Assembly (NCBI GenBank): GCA_964187785.1 | Contig: OZ076409.1 | Location: 2,170,001-2,234,000, forward strand | DNA from: Amphiscolops sp. MND2022 | Lineage: Eukaryota | Direction: 5' to 3' | Length of the DNA: 64,000 bases | Translations under genes and position numbers: made by a program | Notes under the pieces: model-generated | Seen by the model: the letters and a program-made list of their open reading frames with translations, nothing else | What the model was told of the DNA's origin: nothing | Databases searched by the model: none | Part shown: positions 51,535 through 64,000 of the stretch, piece after piece | Layout of the letters: every line of letters begins with the position of its first letter | How positions within the stretch are numbered: position 1 is the first letter of the stretch

Positions 51535-52812
51535 TAAATTACAAAGGTCTACCGTTAGGGAGGTCATGGTGGTTGAAGAAAAACTAGATTCAGTTCCTGA
51601 ACATTTTTGATTATTTTCTGTCATCTTTTGATTCGTTTTACAAAAACTAGTGTAAGTTTAAGCACTTGTTTCTGCATTTAGTGCTAAGAGTTCATTGTGA
51701 ATTTACCAATACCATTTAACATTTGATTGTTTATGTTACGTTGTTCTTTTCCAATATCACAATGAAATAAATAGAAAAATTTTGAAACTTATCATTTTGT
51801 TTGTTCAGTATTAGGGTTTGTTCAGTATCAATCATTCGAACTACCTTTTTCAACTTTGACATCTTTTTAATCTCTAAATAGTAAATGAGTTATAGTACTG
51901 ACAAAGCAAACGTTGTGATTAGGTTTTTTTAAATACTTTGTATTTTTGCAATTATTTAGTCACGCCCACTTCAGGAGGCAAAAAAACATTTGTTGAAAAA
52001 TTAGAAAAATTCTATTTCTTGATATTATTCAAGTAATTACAATTCTTTTCCACTCCATTCAGTTCTTCTCCGGCTCTTCCTACCCTTCCTCCTCATTCTC
52101 CTCTTCCTCGTACTCCTTCTCTCACGGTGCTAGTAACACACAAGCCTGCAGCGCTAGATGGTGCTCAGAATTGATTTTCCTGTGAACTAATCATTATTAG
52201 GTGTTGTGAAATTTCAATGAAAAACCGTTTCACATTTTCACATTCTAATAGAAAGCCGACATAAATGGGGGCAATAATTCAGATATGCGAGAACAGCTGT
52301 CATGCACTCTTGGAGAAAACTGTTGAGTTTTTCTCAACAAAAAGACATAGATTTGGGCGATTGTGACACACAGTACCACCAAGGAGAGTTGTGGAACAAA
52401 CCTGCGAACCGCCATCAAAATCAATTATCAAACCCTCTGAAAAGAAATATTCCACTTTGAGAAGTCACATTTTATCATAATCGATGGCACCCATTTCATC
52501 AAAAAAAATGTGCAATTTCGAAGAAATCAAGTGGAAGTTCAATGGGGTAGCATATTTGAGGCCCGAAGCTAGTGTAATTTGAGGCCCGATCAATTCAGTG
52601 ATTATTAGCGTCAGATGATATTATTTAAGCCAGTATGTATTGAAATTGATTAATTTGAAGAGGTTAGCATATTTGTTGTATGGCTCGGTCGCTTCGCTCC
52701 CTTCGCCAAGTAGCAACATTGAGGCATGGCCATAGGGCACGTCGCTCCGCTTCGCTTCGCTTCTGCATTTAGGGCACTAGGAGTATGTGAATATAGCTGA
52801 CTACGTTATAAT

Positions 52813-53225
52813 TAGGGATGTACCGGAATTCCGGTCCGGCCGGAATTCCGGCCGGATTTCAAAAGAGTTCCGGTTCCGGCCGGAATCATCATTGGTTCCG
52901 GCCGGAACAAAATTCTCCTAGAAACAAACTTGTTTCCAAATTGTTTAAATTGTTTCATAAATTGATACAATTGACTAAAACAATTTCAGATTATGGTGAT
53001 GAAATGAAAGTACTTTACAGTAAAATATGTCCACACGGATGGTTCCATTAAATATCTTGAAATAAATTAAACGCTGAAAGTCAGTATGCAAGTTTTTATC
53101 TGAGAAATCGCATATAAAGCAATCGATACAAAGCAAAAAACATGTTACGTAAATGTAGGATAGCACAATCAAAGTTCCGGTCCGGTTCCGGCCGGAACTC
53201 AAAAACGCATTCCGGTACATCCCTA
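52813..53225. mobile_element. hAT-type MITE, inverted copy of 34885-35327
   Basis: TIR tagggatgtaccggaat; perfect TSD GTTATAAT; empty site at ~57785. Confidence 0.92.
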
Positions 53226-53480
53226 GTTATAATAATAAGTTTGATTAACAAATTTTCGGGCCTCAGATAATATTTCATTATCGAGCCTAAATAAACGTTC
53301 CCGTTCAATGCAAACAAATACCAGACCAACAAATTCTGATCAAATTTGCCATCCATGTAAGCCAAAAGCAGCCGAACAACAGCAATCCAACATCTGCACC
53401 TGAACCCCCCGTTTCTAACGCCGAGATTCCGCAGTCCGAGGACACTGTTTTGGACCCAAGTTCACATCATGTCTTCATTA

Positions 53481-54525
53481 GAGTGCACAGACAAGCCTTA
53501 TTTGCTCAAAGCGCAACATAGTGCTTTCAATATCTCGGATTCCACGACCATACCTTTAACCGTGCAAAATTGGCAAATTACGTCAATTGTTCCGGATTCC
53601 ACGGATTTAGTCGTGGATTCCAGTAACAAATGCTTAGCTGTTCGAACTGTCGGCATGCAGCGGTGTCCCGGATTCCACAAAAACGTAAGTTTTGCGAAAT
53701 GAACCAATCAGATTGCAGAAATCATAAATTTCCTGGATTCCACGACTTTATGCTTGACGCGATACGCGGCATCTCTTCTTGAAGTAAATTCAAGTGGACG
53801 AATGAACAAACATTATATTATGCACTACTTTTCGTATATTAATTCAAAATGATTCAGACAATCACACCAATATCACACAAAATTTTTGTATTTTTCAGTT
53901 TAGTACCAGTTTTGAACAAACTGCCACATCATCACAATCTGCCATTATTTGATGACATGCTTTCATTTTGGTACCAGTCATGAGTATCTCTATTCGTACT
54001 TTTTGGATTTTTCGTGTCAATCAAAACATTTTCCTTCGATGTAAAATTGATTTAGTTTAAGTTCTTCTGCCTTTTTAATTATAATCATGCAAGATGAATA
54101 TAATTATATTACACAAATGTTCGTATTTTTCATAGTTTAGTACCAGTTTGAACAAACTGCCAGATCATCTCAATCTGCCATTTTTGATGACATGCTTTAA
54201 TTTTGGTACCAGTCATGAGTATCTCTATTCGTACTTTGGGACTTTTCGTGTCAATCAAAACAAGTTCCATTGATATAAAATTGAATTAATTTAAACTTTT
54301 CTACCTTTCCGAAAATGATTACTCAAAATCAGCGGACCAATCAGAGAGCAGCGGCAAAAGTGTCATTATAGCAGCAGTATTGGCGTGGAATCCAAGACAA
54401 GCACTGTCGTGGAATCCAAGACACGCTTAACGTCAAAGAGAAATTTTGTCCTGGATTCCACGACTTTTCTCAATTTTCGTGTCCCGGATTCCACGAAAAC
54501 AGCAAAAGAGCTTGCCTGTGCACTG
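53481..54525. mobile_element. TIR element with TA flanks (Tc1/mariner-like, non-autonomous)
   Basis: ta-gagtgcacagacaagc ... gcttgcctgtgcactg-ta, with ggattccacg subterminal repeats. Absent from the paralogous sites at ~58045 and ~61110. Confidence 0.8.
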
Positions 54526-56197
54526 TAATATTTGGCAAAATCATGAGTGCATTTAGTGATTTGGTTGCCTTTGATAGGAACTATTTATTCGACTTGGACG
54601 CTACTTCGGAGGTGGATTTGCAAAACTTCAACAGTGCGTCGTTTGCCTTATCTGCTGAAGAAGTTGGGCATCAAACCCATCCATCAATTGACTAATCGAA
54701 CCATTAAGTAGAAACATCAGTTGACCAATCGAACCGTCGAATCGATTCAACAGAAGGGCGGAACATTTCGTCTAAAACTTCCAAATCTGATTCCTCGTCA
54801 GAACGCGAGGGCTCGTCCGAGCGTGAGAAGTCTCTGTTTGTAGCTGACCCCAATGGGAGAGCAGACAAAAGAACCTTTCGGAAGCCCAAACGACCCAATA
54901 TTTATTTTTGTTCGATGTGCGAAAGAGCTTGTTGATTAGATGATAAATCACTTGAACAACTCACACAACCTCCAGATTGACCCCAGGATCAAGCGCTCCA
55001 TTAGCACTTACTTTTCGACACTATTAACAAAAAGAAATGCTATCAATGTCTATTATGTATGGAACGAATGGGATTGAAACAAACCCACATCATAAACTTG
55101 ATTGTATGTTTGATCGACAGAATGTGAAGCTTTTCCCTATTGATATACATCTTTCTCTCAAAAAGTCTAGTGAAGCTAGTGGTATTCAATTTGAAGAAGT
55201 CGTACATCAGTTTGATCAACACATGCAGGGATTAGCTTACATCACCCGTAATTCAGGTTCGATTCTCACTTTCTGCTTGATTGCATCTTTTGAAGTAAAA
55301 ATGCAATCGTGGAATGTAAAGTGGAAAATGTAATCGGTGCACTGACAACAGACATAGCCATGCCAATGGTGGAATTCAACGATGCTGACTTCTCGGATGC
55401 GGGGTGGAAACTGCATTTATTAGGACCTCAAGACTCAGCTGCAGTTTTCTGCTTGGCCCGCCACACAATAGAGGAAAGTCCCGTAGATGGTGAGGCACTG
55501 AATATAACGTGTCTCAGCATCATATGGGTGAAAGCAGTTGCCAACACTACTGCTTCTGCAGCAGGGATGCTGGTGATGGGGGGTTTGATTTATTGGGACT
55601 CCAATTAGGTCAAAAAGCAGCTGAGCCTGGGATCAATACCGAACGTTCCCATGAGGTAAGGTGTAAAATGACCGATCACTTTTCCACATTGAGAACTTTG
55701 TGAGAAACTGTGAGTACCAAAGTCTAGTCAAGGAAACGAAAGGATACTGAAGTAAGACTTCTCAAACTTCTTTGAGGATCGAAAACATTTCTGAATTTTT
55801 GCGGCCACTTGATAGTGAAATTTCAGCATTTTTTTGAAAGAGCTAGAATCAAAGAGAGTTGCAATGGTTTCGATGAAAATGAGAGCTGATGGTAGTATGA
55901 CATCTGATGTTGAGTCAATGTCTTGAGCAAGGAAGAGCATGTAGTGCTTACACTAAAACATTGGTTCATTTTCGTTTTTGTATCATAGTCCTCAAATCTC
56001 TCGTTTAACTGGAAGGGTTTCTCACAGTGTCAAAAACGATGAATATTTTGTGACAAACTGCATTTTTGCACGAAGATTGAAAAATTGGAAAAAAAGGCGT
56101 CACATTCAGCTTTTTTGGATATTGACGAGGGCCCGTTCTAGTTTTTTTGACTGTCCACTAGAATATCAAGTATCCAAAATTTGGGCAATAAATTTAA

Positions 56198-56638
56198 TCC
56201 TAATGGACCTGGGCATTTTTGCAAAAATTCAAAAATTCGGATTGAAAATTTTAAATAATTAATATCTCCACAACTACGCGTACCAGAGAAACGAACCATA
56301 GTGCGTTTGAAAGGTCTGGTATTGGGCTTTCATTTTGGTCAGGTGTTTGTTGTGCAAGTGTAGGGTTGTTTTTGGTATGGGTCAAGATTTTTTGAGAAAA
56401 CTGGATTTCGCCAAAAACTGAAATTTAGAAAAAAGTAACAATTTTTTTGCAAAAAAAACTTGATTTTCTCAGTTTTGGAGACATATTTATTCTTCCTAAT
56501 GCTTGCTCCATCCAAATCAGTCTATGTACCAATGAACTGTTGAGTACAAATTGTGCTAAAGGATATGGGCTGCTGGCAAAAGGAATCAGAAATTGAAAAA
56601 TGGTAGGCTGCTTTAAAGTACCACCAGGTTAATTCGGG
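56198..56638. mobile_element. piggyBac-type MITE (further copies at ~60084-60518 and ~63147-63586; single ends at ~2900 and ~28163)
   Basis: TTAA flanks; TIR (c/t)cctaattgacctgg / ccaggttaattcggg. Confidence 0.7.
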
Positions 56639-59600
56639 TTAACTCTCTGCGTGAGAGATGTCCACCTTTCAACAATATGAAATTTCTATAGTATAGGTTC
56701 CAGTAACAATTTTTTGTGGCTTCCCAAAATTTTTATGGCGTACATCAACAGCTTCTTTGAACTACAAATAAACTTTAACACACATTGTTTTTGAACATGA
56801 GTCATCGTTATTCTCAATAGGTGTCTGATTTTTACACACTTACTTCACTTGGGGCCATACCTTTCTGGGCATTAGACCATGCACGAGTATTGCCTTATTC
56901 ATTGACATCGAACATTGTTTCCGAGTGATAGAACAAAACGAGGAGAATGATGTCAAACGAGTCTTGAATATTGTTAGTCTGATTTGAAATAGGCAAAAAC
57001 TTCTACGAAACTTCCAAAAGAAAAGACCTGAGTGATGAATTGATGAAAAACATACGCTTAAAAATAGGATTCATGTGGGTTTTGGCATGCTTCCACACAA
57101 ATCTGCTGAAGGTTTCATTGGAATAACTATTGAAACAATTTTTTTGAAAATTACATTCAATGAAAAACCGTTTCACCTTTTCACAATCTAATAGAAAGCC
57201 GACATAATTGGCGGCAAGAATTCAGATATGCGAAAACAACAGTCATGCACTCTTGGAGGAAACTTGAGTTTTTCTCAACAAAAAGACATAGATTTGGGCG
57301 ATTTGACATCCACAGTACCACCTAGGAGTGTTGTGGAACAAAGCAGCGAACCGCCATCAAAACCAATTATCAAAGCCTCTGAAAAGAAACATAGCACTCT
57401 GAGAAGTCCCATTTTATCACCATCGATGGCACCACCCATTTCATCGAAAAAGTTGTAAAATTTCGAAGAAATCAAGTGTAAGTTCAATGGGGTAGCATAT
57501 TTGAGGCCCGAAAAATTCAGTGACTATTAGCGTCAAAGACATTTCGTACAAAATTAAAATAAACAGATTTGCCAAATAGGTCTCAAACAACAGAATTACT
57601 AGCTTTTAGTGCTGTTACAGCCAATATGTATGGAACTTGATTCAATTGAAGAGGTTAGCATATATGTTGTATGGCTTCGCTCCCTTCGCCACGTAGCAAC
57701 ATTGAGGCATGGCCATATGGCACGTTGCTCCGCTTCGCTTCGCTCGTTTAAGGGCACTAGGGGTATATGAATATAGCTGACTACGTTATAATAAGTGTAA
57801 AAAATTTCGGGCCTCAGATAATATTTCATTATCGAGCTTCAGTTTATCGGGCCTAAATAAACGTTCCCATTCAATGCAAACAAATACCAGACCAAAAAAC
57901 CCTGGTCAAATTTGCCATCCATGTAAGCCAAAAGCAGCAGTCAGGCCAAACAACAGCAATCCAACATCTCCACTTAAACCCCCCGCTTCTAACGCTGAGA
58001 TTCCGCAGTCTGAGGACACAGTATTGGACCCAAGTTCACATCATGTCTTTGGCAAAATCATAAGTGCATTTAGTGATTTGGTTGCCTTTGATAGGAACTA
58101 TTTATTCGACTTGGAAGCTACTTCGGAGGTGGTTTTGAGAAACTTAACAATGCGGCAGCCTTATCTGCTAAAGAAGTTGGCCATCAAACCCAACCATCAA
58201 TTGACTAATCGAACCATCAAGTAGAAACATCAGTTGACCAATCGAACAGTCGAATCGATTCAACAGAAGGGCGGAACAATTCGTCAAAAACTTCCAAATC
58301 TGATTCCTCGTCAAAACGCGAGGGCTCGTCCGAGCGTGAGAAATCTCTCTCTGTAGCTGACCCCAATGGGAGAGCAGACAAAAGAACCTTTCGGAAGCCC
58401 AAACGACCCAATATTTATTTTTGTTCGATATGCGAAAGAGCTTGTTGATTAGATGATAAATCACTTGAACAACTCACACAACCTCCAGAATGACCCCAGG
58501 ATCAAGCGCTCCACTGGCACTTACTTTTCGACACTATTAACAAAAAGAAATGCTATCAATGTCTATTATGTATGGAACGAATGGGATTGAAACAAACCCA
58601 CATCATAAACTTGATTGTATGTTTGATCGACAGAATGTGAAGCTTTTCCCTATTGATATACATCTTTCTCTCAAAAAGTCTAGTGAAGCTAGTGGTATTC
58701 AATTTGAAGAAGTCGTACATCAGTTTGATCAACACATGCAGGGATTAGCTTACAGCACCCGTAATTCAGGTTCGATTCTCACTTTCTGCTTGATTGCATC
58801 TTTTGATGTAAAAATGCAATCGTGGAATGTAAAGTGGAAAATGTAATCGGTGCACTGACAACAGACATAGCCATGCCAATGGTGGAATTCAACGATGCTG
58901 ACTTCTCGGATGCGGGGAGGAAACTGCATTTATTAGGACCTCAAGACTCAGCGACAGTTTTCTGCTTGGCCCGCCACACAATAGAGGAAAGTCCCGTAGA
59001 TGGTGAGGCACTGAATATAACGTGTCTCAGCATCATATGGGTGAAAGCAGTTGCCAACACTACTGCTTCTGCAGCAGGGATGCTGGTGATGGGGGTTTGA
59101 TTTATTGGGACTCCAATTAGGTCAAAAAGCAGCTGAGCCTGGGATCAATACCGAACGTTCCCATGAGGTAAGGTGTAAAATGACCGATCACTTTTCCACA
59201 TTGAGAACTTTGTGAGAAACTGTGAGTACCAAAGTCTAGTCAAGGAAACGAAAGGATACTGAAGTAAGACTTCTCAAACTTCTTTCAGGATCGAAAACAT
59301 TTCTGAATTTTTGCGGCCATTTGATAGTGAAATTTCAGCATTTTTTTGAAAGACAGCTAGAATCAAAGAGAGTTGCAATGGTTTCGATGAAAATGAGAGC
59401 TGATGGTAGTATGACATCTGATGTTGAGTCAATGTCTTGAGCAAGGAATAGCATGTAGTGCTTACACTAAAACATTGGTTCAATTTCGTTTTTGTATCAA
59501 AGTCCTCAAATCTATCGTTTAACTGGAAGGGTTTCTCACAGTGTCAAAAACGATGAATATTTTGTGACAAACTGCATTTTTGCACGAAGATTGAAAAATT

Positions 59601-62600
59601 GGAAAAAGGGCGTCACATTCAGCTTTTTTGGATATTGACGAGGGCCCGTTCTAGTTTTTTTGACTGTCCACTAGAATATCAAGTATCCAAGAGTCACCAA
59701 AAATTCCTATTTTGAAAGTTTTGCATCTTGGTTAGTCATTAAATCATTCAGCGGCTTTTGCTTCCCTTCTCAATTTCCTTCCACTTTCTTAGCTGTTTTT
59801 TGCCCGCTGCGTCTCGCCTAGTTTTTCTGAGTCACAGGGTTTAATACCGAAGTTATTCATTTCACAAGTTAAACAGGCGACGCATTAAGAGCCAAAAGAA
59901 CCCGAATGTTACAGTTACTAAGTTTTTTACAGTCGACGTTTCCCGAGAAAAAGCACGGCTCTTGCAATGATCAAGTTTTTCTCCAGTTGGGCTCAATGTA
60001 AATGTTCATTGTGCTCAGAATTGTTTTTTCTGTTAACTAATCATTATTATTAAGTGTTATGGAATTTGGGCAATAAATTAAATCCTAATTGACCTGGGAA
60101 TTTTTGCAAATCAAAAATTCGGATTGAAAATTTTTAATAATTAATATCTCCACAACTACGCGTACCAGAGAAACGAACCATAGTGCGTTTGAAAGGTCTG
60201 GTATTGGGCTTTCATTTTGGTCAGGTGTTTGTTGTGCAAGTGTAGGGTTGTTTTTGGTATGGGTCAAGATTTTTTGAGAAAACTGGATTTCGCCAAAAAC
60301 TGAAATTTAGAGAAAAGTAACAATTTTTTTGCAAAAAAAACTTGATTTTCTCAGTTTTGGAGACATTTATTCTTCCTAATGCTTGCTCCATCCAAATCAG
60401 TCTATGTACCAATGAACTGTTGAGTACAAATTGTGCTAAAGGATATGGGCTGCTGGCAAAAGGAATCAGAAATTGAAAAATGGTAGGCTGCTTTAAAGTA
60501 CCACCAGGTTAATTCGGGTTAACTCTCTGCGTGAGAGATGTCCACCTTTCAACAATATGAAATTTCTATGGTATAGGTTCCAGTAACAATTTTTTGTGGC
60601 TTCGTTTCGTACAAAATTAAAATAAACAGATTTGCCAAATAGGTCTCAAACAACAGAATTACTAGCTTTTAGTGCTGTTACAGCCAATATGTATGGAACT
60701 TGATTCAATTGAAGAGGTTAGCATATATGTTGTATGGCTTCGCTCCCTTCGCCACGTAGCAACATTGAGGCATGGATATGGCACGTTGCTCCGCTTCGCT
60801 TCGCTCCTTTTAGGGCACTAGGGGTATATGAATATAGCTGACTACGTTATAATATTAAGTTCAACAAAATTTCGGGCCTCGGATAATATTTCATTATCGA
60901 GCTTCAGTTTATCGGGCCTAAATAAACGTTCCCATTCAATGCAAACAAATACCAGACCAAAAAACCCTGGTCAAATTTGCCATCCATGTAAGCCAAAAGC
61001 AGCAGTCAGGCCAAACAACAGCAATCCAACATCTCCACTTGAACCCCCCGCTTCTAACGCTGAGATTCCGCAGTCTGAGGACACAGTATTGGACCCAAGT
61101 TCACATCATGTCTTTGGCAAAATCATAAGTGCATTTAGTGATTTGGTTGCCTTTGATAGGAACTATTTATTCGACTTGGAAGCTACTTCGGAGGTGGTTT
61201 TGAGAAACTTAACAATGCGGTAGCCTTATCTGCTAAAGAAGTTGGCCATCAAACCCAACCATCAATTGACTAATCGAACCATCAAGTAGAAACATCAGTT
61301 GACCAATCGAACAGTCGAATCGATTCAACAGAAGGGCGGAACAATTCGTCAAAAACTTCCAAATCTGATTCCTCGTCAAAACGCGAGGGCTCGTCCGAGC
61401 GTGAGAAATCTCTGTCTGTAGCTGACCCCAATGGGAGAGCAGACAAAAGAACCTTTCGGAAGCCCAAACGACCCAATATTTATTTTTGTTCGATATGCGA
61501 AAGAGCTTGTTGATTAGATGATAAATCACTTGAACAACTCACACAACCTCCAGAATGACCCCAGGATCAAGCGCTCCATTAGCACTTACTTTTCGACACT
61601 ATTAACAAAAAGAAATGCTATCAATGTCTATTATGTATGGAACGAATGGGATTGAAACAAACCCACATCATAAACTTGATTGTATGTTTGATCGACAGAA
61701 TGTGAAGCTTTTCCCTATTGATATACATCTTTCTCTCAAAAAGTCTAGTGAAGCTAGTGGTATTCAATTTGAAGAAGTCGTACATCAGTTTGATCAACAC
61801 ATGCAGGGATTAGCTTACAGCACCCGTAATTCAGGTTCGATTCTCACTTTCTGCTTGATTGCATCTTTTGATGTAAAAATGCAATCGTGGAATGTAAAGT
61901 GGAAAATGTAATCGGTGCACTGACAACAGGCAGCCATGCCAATGGTGGAATTCAACGATGCTGACTTCTCGGATGCGGGGAGGAAACTGCATTTATTAGG
62001 ACCTCAAGACTCAGTTGCAGTTTTCTGCGTGGCCCGCCACACAATAGAGGAAAGTCCCGTAGATGGTGAGGCACTGAATATAACGTGTCTCAGCATCATA
62101 TGGGTGAAAGCAGTTGCCAACACTACTGCTTCTGCAGCAGGGATGCTGGTGATGGGGGGTTTGATTTATTGGGACTCCAATTAGGTCAAAAAGCAGCTGA
62201 GCCTGGGATCAATACCGAACGTTCCCATGAGGTAAGGTGTAAAATGACCGATCACTTTTCCACATTGAGAACTTTGTGAGAAACTGTGAGTACCAAAGTC
62301 TAGTCAAGGAAACGAAAGGATACTGAAGTAAGACTTCTCAAACTTCTTTCAGGATCGAAAACATTTCTGAATTTTTGCGGCCACTTGATAGTGAAATTTC
62401 AGCATTTTTTTGAAAGACAGCTAGAATCAAAGAGAGTTGCAATGGTTTCGATGAAAATGAGAGCTGATGGTAGTATGACATCTGATGTTGAGTCAATGTC
62501 TTGAGCAAGGAATAGCATGTAGTGCTTACACTAAAACATTGGTTCAATTTCGTTTTTGTATCAAAGTCCTCAAATCTATCGTTTAACTGGAAGGGTTTCT

Positions 62601-64000
62601 CACAGTGTCAAAAACGATGAATATTTTGTGACAAACTGCATTTTTGCACGAAGATTGAAAAATTGGAAAAAGGGCGTCACATTCAGCTTTTTTGGATATT
62701 GACGAGGGCCCGTTCTAGTTTTTTTGACTGTCCACTAGAATATCAAGTATCCAAGAGTCACCAAAAATTCCTATTTTGAAAGTTTTGCATCTTGGTTAGT
62801 CATTAAATCATTCAGCGGCTTTTGCTTCCCTTCTCAATTTCCTTCCACTTTCTTAGCTGTTTTTTGCCCGCTGCGTCTCGCCTAGTTTTTCTGAGTCACA
62901 GGCTTTAATACCGAAGTTATTCATTTCACAAGTTAAACAGGCGACGCATTAAGAGCCAAAAGAACCCGAATGTTACAGTTACTAAGTTTTTTACAGTCGA
63001 CGTTTCCCGAGAAAAAGCACGGCTCTTGCAATGATCAAGTTTTTCTCCAGTTGGGCTCAATGTAAATGTTCATTGTGCTCAGAATTGTTTTTTCTGTTAA
63101 CTAATCATTATTATTAAGTGTTATGGAATTTGGGCAATAAATTTAATCCTAATTGACCTGGGAATTTTTGCAAAAAATCAAAAATTCGGATTGAAAATTT
63201 TTAATAATTAATATCTCCACAACTACGCGTACCAGAGAAACGAACCATAGTGCGTTTGAAAGGTCTGGTATTGGGCTTTCATTTTGGTCAGGTGTTTGTT
63301 GTGCAAGTGTAGGGTTGTTTTTGGTATGGGTCAAGATTTTTTGAGAAAACTGGATTTCGCCAAAAACTGAAATTTAGAAAAAAGTAACAATTTTTTTGCA
63401 AAAAAACTTGATTTTCTCAGTTTTGGAGACATATTTACTCTTCCTAATGCTTGCTCCATCCAAATCAGTCTATGTACCAATGAACTGTTGAGTACAAATT
63501 GTGCTAAAGAATATGGGCTGCTGGCAAAAGGAATCAGAAATTGAAAAATGGTAGGCTGCTTTAAAGTACCACCAGGTTAATTCGGGTTAACTCTCTGCGT
63601 GAGAGATGTCCACCTTTCAACAATATGAAATTTCTATGGTATAGGTTCCAGTAACAATTTTTTGTGGCTTCCCAAAATTTTTATGGCGTACATCAACAGC
63701 TTCTTTGAACTACAAATAAACTTTAACACACATTGTTTTTGAACATGAGTCATCGTTATTCTCAATAGGTGTCTGATTTTTACACATTTACTTCACTTGC
63801 GGCCATACCTTTCTGGGCATTAGACCATGCACGAGTATTGCCTTATTCATTGACATCGAACATTGTTTCCGAGTGATAGAACGAAACGAGGAGAATGATG
63901 TCAAACGAGTCAAAGAATTCAGATATGCGAAAACAACAGTCATGCACTCTTGGAGGAAACTTGAGTTTTTCTCAACAAAAAGACATAGATTTGGGCGATT

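Larger units (their letters stand above)
52660..64000 (+). repeat. Tandem segmental duplication, about 3 copies of a 3.1-3.5 kb unit
   Basis: Near-identical ORFs at 55037, 58550 and 61615 (spacing 3513 and 3065 bp). A diverged partial copy lies at ~34625-35975. Confidence 0.92.

Noticed and set aside
28400..52129. caccgtg / cacggtg as TIRs of one 24 kb CACTA element
   Set aside because: Only a 7-bp match and no target-site duplication.
52060..52130. Purine-rich minus-strand stretch as an acidic exon
   Set aside because: The Glu-rich frame hits a stop and there is no convincing splice-site pair.

Overview
Repeat-dense, AT-rich eukaryotic (animal-like) genomic DNA. Positions ~2.9-28.3 kb hold 11 phase-consistent minus-strand exons of a furry/FRY-family gene that continues past both ends of this stretch. 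Up to 4 of its 11 splice donors look non-canonical (3 GC, 1 GA). The introns contain many transposons: hAT, Mutator, Tc1/mariner and piggyBac-type MITEs with visible TIRs/TSDs, Helentron-type non-autonomous elements, a pogo/Tigger element with a nested hAT, and a decayed LINE. From 28.4 to 64 kb I found no further host exon. This part holds a decayed CACTA/EnSpm transposase and a ~16 kb block centred on a decayed rolling-circle (Helitron-like) Rep-PIF1 helicase that ends in an in-frame GIY-YIG nuclease domain. That gene is preceded by repeated intron-containing SGNH-hydrolase genes and followed by a Cys-rich unknown ORF. The window ends in a recent ~3.1 kb tandem duplication that may carry mitofusin-like fragments. 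All family assignments are by-eye motif recognition; no database searches were run.
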